A stretch of DNA of 64,000 nt from assembly GCF_041956535.1 (NCBI RefSeq), contig NW_027192204.1, positions 437,140 through 501,139 on the forward strand, in the 5' to 3' direction. The translations under genes were made by a program, and so were the position numbers. This DNA is from Calcarisporiella thermophila CBS 279.70 (taxonomy: Eukaryota > Fungi > Calcarisporiellomycota). Under the pieces are notes generated by a model. It did not search any database. It was not told the DNA's origin and was given only the letters and a program-made list of their open reading frames with translations. Shown in pieces: positions 26,573 through 37,020 of this stretch; within the stretch, counting starts at the first letter, position 1; each line of letters opens with the position of its first letter.

Positions 26573-27914
26573 ATGACGCTCCAGCCCTCAAGCTCCACCC
26601 CGCTATTCCCAACGGCGTTCGGCCAAGATCTCTTGGGCAACGCTCACCCCACAAGGCCAAGACGCCAACAGGTCAAGAATGCATGCAGTGAGTTTTGATT
26701 GCATCCCCATTTGCTTTGCTCTAGAATGCATGTCGCTAACTGATCCTTGATTGCATTTAGCCAATTGCCAGAAGGCCTGCAAGAAATGCGATGATGTTCG
26801 ACCGTGTGCGCGTTGCGCGCGTCTTGGCATCGAGGACTCCTGTGTCAACTCGGTGCGCAAGGAGCGTCGCCGCGGGATCAAGCGTGGCCCGTACAAGCGG
26901 CGAAAGGGCAAGGAATCCGATTCCGCGTCTTCCACTCCCAGCATCTCTCCGCTGGTTGCCCATGCCGCATCTCCCTCCATTGCCAACTCGGTCCCCAATC
27001 TCTCGGAGCCGCCATCCAGCTTCGCATATACACCCGATAAAGCCTATCTGCTCACGGACTGGCCCACCGGGACCTCTTTCGACCCTTCTGAATTCTTGCC
27101 TTCAGCAATGTCCAGCATTGCGAGCCTCCCGAGCATAGTCGCCCAGCCCGCGGGGGAGGCCAACGGATTGCCACAAGTGATGAACACCGCACCTCCTCAT
27201 TTCCAAGTGCATCCCCCAGAGGTGTGGCCCACCAGTGCGAAGTCCTATCCGGTGAGCCTAGCCCCTGCGGTCCAGTTGCAGCCGCACGACGGCCTAGCAG
27301 GCTCAGCCTATCTCTTCACGAGCCACCCTCCCTCGCTGCCCTTTACATCATGTTATCCTGGTGACAGGGCAGACCACCGGCAAGTTCAGCTCCTGCCGTT
27401 GGTCGAGACCGGTTCGCACCAGTTCATCACCCCGGCGCACTCCCCCCTTAACCAGCCCATCCTGCCGCACTTTCCCGCCATCGCCTCCTCTCCTCAGCCC
27501 AATGAGACAGAACATCGCCATCCAGCTGGGAGGCGCATAGCGCCAGTCGTGTACTCCACGCCTGTCTCTCCCATTCACCCACGCGCCTCTCCGGCCATAA
27601 ACCGAGGCCAGCATAGCTCGTCCCCCCTGACGACGGTGAGCGATGGCGGCGACGTCAGCATTCGCGGCCCTCCGCACGGATCGGGCATGGGCAGAGGCGA
27701 GGACGCCCAGTCTCTGCCCCACTTATCAAAGTATCCTCCCCACACGTTTGCCCATGTCCCGACACCCCACCCGATGCTTTTGCCCGCGGGATCGCAGACG
27801 CAACTATTGCAGACCCTGGACGACAGCTCCTTGGACAAGTTCCAGACCTATACAATGGACCTTGCCTGGTTGACTGGCCAGGGCGGCCACGGAAGCTACC
27901 CCCATCTAGGATAG
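26573..27914 (+). CDS. Zn(II)2Cys6 transcription factor; intron about 26688-26760 splits the zinc cluster
   Basis: Spliced RRQQVKNAC|TNCQKACKKCDDVRPCARCARLGIEDSC..RKERRRGIKRGPYKRR, followed by a Pro/Ser-rich region. Confidence 0.9.
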
Positions 27915-29157
27915 GCATGGCTCCTCCACCCACACTGAACATATACACCAATCCATCCATATATTCATAGATACCTTGTTTTTACTGCTATATCTCGCCT
28001 CATTCTGTTCGCTTCTATTTTCTGTGCATTCGCCATCTCAAGAAAGTTTGCCATTTCTCCGCACTATTTTATTCACTTCTCTTTCTCTCCAGTGCCATCT
28101 ATTTAATTCGGCCCCATTCTTCTGATTTTTATTCTATGGTATTCTGTGCTACCCCCAAACCTTTTCATAGACCACTTTTTTTTCCACTCCATCCCCCACC
28201 CCCATTTAATATGTACTCTTTCTAGCTGTTGTTTGACAAAAGGATCCCATAGTTGTTGCATCTTCCCCACCCCCTCTAATGACCCTGTTTCCTGTAAATA
28301 AACGTAGACGTGAATGGAGTTCGGCCGCCTTCCTCCCCCCCCCCCTGAAGAACGTGTTGGATGCAAGGCATTCACTAGAGCCAAAACATAAACAAAAAGC
28401 CGCCATCCTCATAACCAGAAAATAATCCTAGCCAAGAACAACCCCTTGGCATGGGCCCTTGGAAATGGCCGCGGCATCGATATGCGCTTATTTAGACTTG
28501 CATGGCGAGGAAGAGGGTGACACGAAACCGGAAAGAGGAAAGATAGGGGCGGACTGCGGATGACAAGCCATACTTGATGTATGCAGAGCCACGTCATTCC
28601 TCGAGATTCGATGGACTCGCCCCCAGGGCTGCACCTGCAAGCAGGGTCGTATCATTGTGCAGTGGAAAGAGCCGGCATTGGGTAGGGAGAGGTGCTTTAT
28701 CTCGCTCCCCTCATTCTTGCTCCAGTTCCAGCCGATGACAGGAAGACCTAGGGCGGGCAGGGAGAGTTCGGTGGATGGGTATCCCATTAGGAACTAGAAA
28801 AAAGCGGCCTTTTTGAGCCTGTGATGCCCATGATCCAAGTGCACTCTGCCTCCATTATGATGGAACAATCTACGGAATTTATTCAGCAAAAGATAAAAAA
28901 AAATAGGGGCAAAGCTAATAGAGTGAACACAAGGAAACAGGAAAAAGGGTTCAAAATGCAAAATATGGTTCATTGGGAAAAGGGGTTGGGGGGAGAATGA
29001 AGCGGGGGAGAGACGTTAAGAAAAGTGTCAAAATAATAGAGAATCCTCGAAAATAATAATAATATAATAGCCATCCTAAAGAAATAAAAATCCGATGGTA
29101 GAAGGGATGTATTAATGGAAAACTAAAAATAAGTGGAAGGGATGCTTTTGGGTCGCG

Positions 29158-30278
29158 CTAATGGTATGGCACACTTAGGTAGTCGTCCTCCTCGTACAGC
29201 GTCGGGTACGCATAGTGGTCCGAGGGCACGGGGAATGAGCAGGGGGAGCACGAGTAGTAGCCGTCATCGTCCTCCTCGCTCATGTCGCTCTTCGCGTGGT
29301 AGTAGGAGAAGGTCAGCGCGCGCTGCTGCATCGCCGTCAGCTCGGTGCCAGCAAATTCGCTCTCCACGGCCTTGAGGAAGGGGTGGTTCAGGGCGGCGGT
29401 GCACGCGATACGGTCCGCGGGGTCTTCGACCAGCATGCACAGCAGGAGATCGACGGCCTGGTAGACTATATCCGGATAGAACCCCCCCAGGGAGTCGCGG
29501 ATCTGCTTGAAATGCAGAAGGTGGGCCACCACGGAGCGATGAATGTCGTGGCGCGCGTACTTGCACCCAAGGCTGTAGAGCTGGCAATCGGGCACATGCG
29601 GCTCGAGCATTTGGCCGAAAAGAATACCCGCCGACCAGATGTCCACCTTAGCATCATGCGCTTTGCCCGCAATCAGCTCAGGGGCAAGGTATCCCGGCGT
29701 GCCCCGCACAGGTAGCATCTCGCCATCGCTGAGCTTGCTGGCAAGCCCAAAGTCGATCAGCACTGCGTCTCCATGTTCGTCCAGCATGACATTGCCGGGA
29801 GTCACATCCAGATGCACTACCCCCATGGCGTGTATTCCCTCCAATCCACGCAGTATACCTCGCATGATTTTGGCCACATTCTTTAGGTCTTGGTGATTGA
29901 CGTCAAGGGATGCAAGCTTGGGAAGGACCAGCACCGATTGACCTTGGGGGTCCGTGAATGAGTCGACGGGATGAACCACATGGGGCTGGGCCGAGAGAGA
30001 GGCGAGGGTTTGGATCTCGCGATCGGCAAGCGTCTTGTTTGGGATGGTCTTGAACGCAAAGGGTGCCGAGTCAGAGAGACGGGTTCCGAAATGGACAGAT
30101 GACAGATCACTCTACGTAAGTGAAAAAAAAGGATAAGTATCAACCATAAATATAAATAAAATCAAATCCGAGTCTAGAGGAGAGAACGATTTACCTTGCA
30201 TACGGTTGCCGCCTCGACTAAGTAGGAGTCTTTTTCGGAGGACAAACACTGCTTACTTAAGGGTGGTTCGAGATCCAT
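29158..30278 (-). CDS. Divergent Ser/Thr protein kinase (some Cdc7-like features); exons 30278-30195 and 30111-29158
   Basis: FAFK lysine, REI helix-C glutamate, HLDVTPGN, DFG, GTPGYLAPE, KVDIWSAG, RIACTAALNHPF. Confidence 0.85.
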
Positions 30279-30312
30279 GGCGCTGGTTGTTAAAGAAATT
30301 CGTCCGCGAAAA

Positions 30313-30367
30313 TACTACTACTACTACTACTGCTACTACAATAGCTACTGCTACAGCTACTACTACT
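30313..30367. repeat. Imperfect (TAC/AGT)n microsatellite upstream of the kinase
   Basis: tactactactac...tactac. Confidence 0.85.
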
Positions 30368-33300
30368 CAAGCTGGAATAGCGTTTGGAGATAAGAGTAAC
30401 GATGACAGTGGAAGTGGTGATGTGTGTTGAAAGTGAGCTCTCGTTGCAGTACATTAAATATCCTCAGCCCGGCGATGAATGACTTTCAGTGTCGACGAAG
30501 ATTAGACAATAGAAGCGACAATGGCAGGAGATAAAAGGTTCTATAGCGAACAGGAGTAGACACGGGGAGAATAAAGAGCCGAGGAATGATGGCGACAGAA
30601 AACAGGGGGAGAGGAGGTGATGAGGCTAGTCAATGGCACAATGAAACAGAAACTGGTTGGAAAAGAAAAGAGAGAAAGGGCCAAGGTTCCAATAAAAATA
30701 AAAAATCAACGAGTTCTTACCATATATGGTGCGTTCTATCTAATGCGCTATTTGTGATAGAAATTGGACCCGAATCGTCGCTATCGATAAGGACGGCGGG
30801 GGCTTGGGCCCAATGATTAAATCCCTCCCATCCCCGAATCTGATTGCTTCCAGAAGCTTTTGAAACTTCACCGCTCAAATAGGCACCGTGGCTCGTAGAT
30901 TGAGTTGTGAAATTGCTCCTAACCTTGCACTACGCCCCCCCCCCCCCCCGTGAGCAATCTCATTTCAAGCTTCTCTTTGGCTGGCCCAGCGGCCCGTGGG
31001 TCCAGGCAGAGGCTATCTTCCTAATAATTAAGCCATGTGGGTCTCTGTCCAGCGAACCACGCTCCTCCTCATATGGCTCCGGGCCAAGAAAATCAAAGAC
31101 CAGATGAAATTAAATGAGCTGACTGAAAACCGTGATAGCTGGCCCTGCCCGCATCATATTGCTTGTCTCATCCTCATTTTTGGCCCTTGGGCTGGGCATG
31201 ACCTTTCCTTGAGCAACCGTAGTAACAACGTTTAGCTTTGGGAGGAACAAGATTTCCCAAAAATAGCTCATCAACCCCACTTGAGCTGTTTTTTTTTTAT
31301 TTAAATCGAATAAGCCCTCATCGTACATTCCATTCACAAAAGTAAGATTCATAACAACGTCATCCCAAGCGGCTTTCCAACCGGCGCCCGATTTGGGCAG
31401 AGTTCAGATGCGATCTTTGCTTTTTGCATTAGATGCGCAGGGTAGTGGACTCTGTAGCCTCCTTGCTTCACTTTATTTTGCTTTGCCATATTTTACTTAG
31501 TGCGAAGTGTTTATTAGCGTTAAGAGGGGCGCCGGCAGTAATATTAAAAAGTAACCATAAGACTGGCACATGAAATAGGAAAGGGGGATATGACGTATTC
31601 AATGGAAGAGGGAGAGTTTTAACTCGAATTCCCGGCAGAGAGTAGCCACCCGCCTAAGCCGCGCCATGATATTTTCAAGCGTGGGGACCTGCGTATGCAC
31701 CACCACTTCGTCTAGCACGGTTACGCTCTTGTCGCGGTATTTGCTGTTGAGACAGCGGGGGATTAGCGGCTGCCGTCGGTGTGAGTGGGAACAGAGAACA
31801 CTTACTGCACTTTCGAGGCCATTTTCGACGTGCCACCCAAGAAACCATATCGCTGCTGCGGCGGTTGGGCATGGTACTCCAGCACACATGCCATCACTAT
31901 TAGGTACACGTCATGCACGTAAAACTCTATGACAAGCTCTTCTGGTAGCTCCGGCGAAAAGTGCTAAAGGGACAAGGGAGAAGGGGGAGAGATGTAAGGA
32001 AAGAATCGCTTAGGGGGGGGGAGCCACAGGAATGGGGCCTGATTACCCTTGGATCACAAAGCTTGTTTGGAAAGGTCCTACCCTCCGAGATGTGTCGAAG
32101 TGAATGGATCGCTCGCTCAGTGTGGTCAGACAGCAACGACAGCCTCTACAGGTATAATATCATGGTCAGTAAAAACGCGAAAAAAGTACCCTGAAACCAC
32201 GTAAAAGCCAAACACCTTTCGCGCAGCTAGGAGCGTATTTGGCACGGCAGAATGCTTGAGATCGGCCATTGCTAATTCTACAAAATTATGAGCATCCTGC
32301 ATTTGCTCAAGAAAGTAGGGTTTAGAGGAGGCAATGGCGGTACGAAAGAGCTGGCCACGGTGGTAGCTGGGGAGCTTTATTTGTAAATCCTATGGAAAAA
32401 AAGAAAATAATGTAATGCGATGTTGGTATACTTGAGGAAGTATGGCAAGCAATGAAAATAGACTCTGACCCCTTTGACGATTTGACAATCGCTCATGGTC
32501 ACATATCCTTTAAGTGCATCGCAGCTAAAATAAAGGGAGAAAGTGGAGAGGGATAAACAAACGCACGAAATAATTACAATAGTTGGGGAAGACTGTACTT
32601 GGTGGATGATAAAGCAAAAATGCCTGCAGAGAATTGAGATGCATTGTAAAACATTTGCTAATTGAATTTTAGGGATCGAAAAATAATCAAGTTTGCGGAT
32701 TGTTTACCTTGGTCAGCAGCATTAGATAGCTCTAAGCATTCCTAACAGATTTGTATAATTCAGTTGAATGATCTTCAATAAGCACAAGCGCATCAGGTGT
32801 TTACGCTTAAGAGCTGGCCTGCCTCTTTAATAACCTGTGGCAGCTGAGATTCGAGGAGCCAGGTCAATTCGGCTTTCTAATAAGAGCCATCCAATATAAG
32901 CATAACAGGTCAAAGTATGGAGAATCGTCCATTGTACCAGAGTCTGCTCCTCCTTATCACGGATCTCCTGCTCATCTTCAAACAGCATCTCGAAACTTTG
33001 GAGTGGCAAATAACTTACTATCTGAAGGCTGGGTGTTCCATTGGCTTGTGCTCTGTCTTTCTACGTGACTTGGTTAATAAAAATGGATAACAAAATCAGC
33101 AGGTAGGGATATGGGGCAACACAAATCATTGCCAGCGAGAGAAGTAGCTTTCTCCGTAATCAACTGCTTTCGGTCAAAGCCAGCCAGGATATATTCTCTA
33201 TCACGTTTACCACCCTTGGTATTCTTCGGACAAGTATATACAAGGAAACCTCAACGCGAGTCAATGAAGACAAGAAAAAACTCGGAAAAATGGGCCGATA

Positions 33301-33762
33301 GAGCTCGAATGACCATAGTATGTGGAAATCGTTCGTGGGATATACTCAACGTAGATGAGGAGAGAAGGCAAGCTGACTAACTAAAGGAGATAGACAGAGC
33401 AGAGGTGAGAAGAAAGATAGAGCCATTGCTTCTTGATATATGAGAATGAATAGATTCGTCCTGAAAGCCACATTTAAATCGAAAATACATGCCTTGCTTG
33501 CACCTAACTTTTCCCCAATACAGTTGCAAAAAGTCTAAATGGGACTTGATCATTTGAAGTTGGGCAGTATCTTATCAGAGTCCAAATAAGAGTAGCTTCG
33601 GTCGCATCCATCTTTGAAAAGGAATATATTATTGAAATTGCAAATAAACAGAAGAAGAAATAAAAAAAGAAGCATTAACAAAAAAAGGAGTAGATAAATA
33701 TAAATGAACATAAAAGCAGCGTCCTAGCGGCTGGAATAAACATGAGGTTTTCAGTGGAGTGC

Positions 33763-34599
33763 TCACTCCCGCATACTATTTTCCTTCACTCCATTGATAT
33801 CCTTTTCTCTTCGACTTTCTTCTTGGTTGCCGCCCCCTTCTTCGCCACTGTTGCCATTCTCCAGCTCATTTCCATTTCTCTCGACCTCATTCTCCATCGC
33901 CACATCTTTGTCCTCCTCATCCTCGTGTTCCAACATTTCGCGTGCTCTTCTCATTGCGTCGCGCATATTATAATGTTGACTGCGCATCTCCTTAAATTTT
34001 CGATGGCGTTCCTTGGCTTTAGAATTACTTACAATCATTATTTCAGCGTCCAAAAAAAAGAGAATAATGATACTTGCTTTCCTCATCTTCCTCATCGTTC
34101 TCATCCCATTCGTCATCAACCTGCAAATGGGGATGCTTGTCACGTGGGCTTGAAGCGAGAGAGGAACCGGGTGAGCTGGATCGTCGCTCAGGTGAAGCTC
34201 TATCTTCCCCCAGACTGAATGACGGAATATCTAAACCTGCAACGAAAAATGAAATACCCAGTGAGTGGAGGAGTCATGGACCAGTGGGAAGAGTGCGTAA
34301 TAGTTACCGCTTAAATCAGTAATGACCTCGTCTGTTTCTGGGTTGTACCGAATATAAGGGGTCTTTGGTTCGTTTATTTTCATGGTGGACCCTCGCTGAG
34401 CTTCGGTTATCATGATGTTGTCTTCATCCCATTTTAATCTTGATGCAATGGATGCACGTCAAACAATGAGGCTTGTAAGGCGAGAGTTTTTGGAAATGCC
34501 CTTAGCTTACCTTTGTGATTTATCCTCATCGGTGCTCACCGAGGGCCTTTTTAATATTCCTTTGGGCTTATGATTTTCTGATCTCTTGCTGGGTGTCAT
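33763..34599 (-). CDS. GLC8: Protein phosphatase 1 inhibitor-2; 4 exons
   Basis: KGILK, LKWDEDN, MKINEPKTPY, FKEMRSQHYN. Confidence 0.93.
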
Positions 34600-34754
34600 G
34601 TTGAGAGGGTGTATAGGGATCAAACGGACCAAGCGGGAGGACTTTCAAAATAGACAGGTCGCCACAAAAGAGAGGTTGTGGGCGCAGCAAGACTATTAAA
34701 TTTTATTTCAAGTCAAATGGAAAAAAAACAAGGTAACGCGTCATCATGCATATT

Positions 34755-36796
34755 CTATTCTACTTTGTCGGTTGGATCCTCTTCGTGCCGTGAGGATCGA
34801 TAGTCATACCGATCTCGACATTGGAGATTAGTCCTGGTTCCCACCATCTGTGCGACAAGCTGCCACCGGCGACCAAACTTGTCGACGGCTTGATCCAAGA
34901 GCGCGTCTTCCTCCTCTGTCCAGTATCCGCTTCGCACTCCAAGCGTCTGCTTGCGGTTGTAGGTGCCATGCTCAAGGACTCCATTTTTCAAATCCCGTCT
35001 AAATCGTTGTTTGCACCGATGCGATGTCCGACCCTCCATTTGGTTGGAAATCTCTGCCCATCGCGGACCCAGCTTGCGATAGAGCTCCAGAAGTTTACGA
35101 TCCTCTTCAGGCGTCCAAGGGCCAAGTTTAATGCCGGGTTTAGAGGTGGTGATCCAGCTGATTAGAAGAAATAGGCGTGGGTGAGTTATTTCAAGACCCG
35201 GCCCTTTAACAAAAGCTATCCTACCGATCACGGCACTGTTTCTCCCCGCGTCCAACATGCTTTGCTATCTTTTGCCAGCTTGAGCCATACCGCTCGTAGG
35301 CCCCATGCAGCTTCGCATCCTCCTCCGGTGTCCATTTTCCAATCTTCAAATCCACATCAAAATTATCCCTCCACCTAGTTTCGAATATTGGATGGTGATT
35401 TCGCTTCTCCGGGGAAATTCTATGACGTGTCTTACCTGTGTCTACACTGATTTGGGGACCGCCCGACCATATCGGCTATGGCCAGCCAGTCATCTTTGTG
35501 CTTTTCCACCGCTTCCTGAAGCTTTTCATCTTCCTCGGGCTCCCAGCGTCCCTTACGCACACTATCCGAGGTCAAGTAATTCCATCTTGTATTAGGGTAA
35601 AGAAAAAGGCAAAGTTGAGTCTGCTGTACAGTAAATGGGATGCGGGGAGAAGAGTGGAGAGGATTGGAGAAGTAGGGAAAAGGCGGGAGAAAACAAAGAG
35701 GGATGAAATACCTTGCTTTGCAGCTTGTCGATTTTCGATTGATTGCCGATGCCACCGCGTACCAGTCCACCTCACTATCCTCATATTCTCTTACCAGCGC
35801 CAGCAACCGAGTGTCATCTTCTAGTGCCCATGCCCCGCGAACAACCCCAGGCTTTAAATGGTCAAACCATCTGCATATATGTTTGTGTTTAGTACATCTA
35901 TATCCTATAGATCCATCTGCCACCCCATGTCATGCATTATACCTCTGTTTACAATCGTCGGCCTTTGCCCCCACCTTTTCGCCCACCGCTTCCCAATCTC
36001 CTTCCCCAAGCAACTTGACGGCTTGCGTCAGATCCCGATCGAGGATGGCATTCCAAAAGCTTTTGGTTTCAAAATAGTACCGATACACCGCCTTCAGCTG
36101 AACCTCGGTTTTTCCGGGAAAAAAGTTAGATAGAAACTCAAAATCGCCCCCCCCGTGTTCCCGGACCAACTTGACGAACCGCCTTCGTTCCTCCATGTTC
36201 CAGCTCTCTAGTTCGAGGTGGATTCCCGTTCTAGTTGTGGCGCCTTTCTTCTTGAGATGCCGGTTTCGCAGCATGTAATATCGTTCACGCACATCCCACA
36301 CGTGTCGGTTTGGCAAGCAAGAAGTAATGGCCGCCCAGCGTTCCGTGCCGAACTGCTTAACTGCTTGGAGAAGAAGCCAGTCGTCATGCATGGTCCATTC
36401 GGGGCGATTGAGCCGCTCCCATCGACGGCGACAAGCGGCAGGATTCCGATTTAAGAGCGCGGATGAGATCCGCGTCCAGTCTGGCCCATGCTGTGCGTAT
36501 AGATCGAGCAGAAGCTTATCATCCTGGTTGGTCCAAAACCGAGAGGTGTGCCATTTGAGCAGGGTTTTGGCCGGTTTTGAGACATCCAAAGATTCAGAGG
36601 TTGTAGGAATCATCGAGGAAGCAGGGGAGGAGACTAGATTGGCATCGGTTTGGACGGGGCAGCTAGCTCGGAGCACTCCAAATTCGCGGCGAAGAGAAGG
36701 GGGAGCAAGACATGATCGCCCAAGTTTATCGCAAGCACGCCGGCGGCAAGTTACAAAATTGCTGAGCAATGATTCTAGTGTGAAGATACCACGCAT
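34755..36796 (-). CDS. Multi-Myb/SANT repeat protein (9 repeats, about 571 aa); introns 35871-35942, 35586-35711, 35375-35435, 35158-35224
   Basis: Nine W-T-x-E/D-E/D-D..L..G..W..I/V....R...C..RW-type units after splicing; R3 and R4 are more divergent. Confidence 0.88.
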
Positions 36797-36974
36797 TAAC
36801 TCTGGTATAGAGACGGCCTACGCTCCAAGCACTTTATTAATGTCTCGATCATCGATGGGAGAGTGTACGCGGAAAGGAAATAGTGCTGTTTTCTCTACCC
36901 TCTGAGTGGCTTGTAACCGGCAGTCACACACCTCGATCTCGGGTTGATAACCTATTTCAGAAAATTATGATCCG

Positions 36975-37002
36975 GCGCGTCACCTCTTGACTCTTGACGC
37001 GT
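36975..37002. promoter_or_regulatory. MCB-like boxes (GCGCGT, ACGCGT) in the Myb/MDC1-like divergent promoter
   Basis: Motifs 20-45 bp before the ATG of a DNA-damage gene. Confidence 0.4.
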
Positions 37003-37020
37003 TCTGTTCGCCAACGTCTC

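Noticed and set aside
32500-32515. ATATCCTTT, resembling an AT-AC donor
   Set aside because: No flanking exon and no matching branch or AC acceptor found
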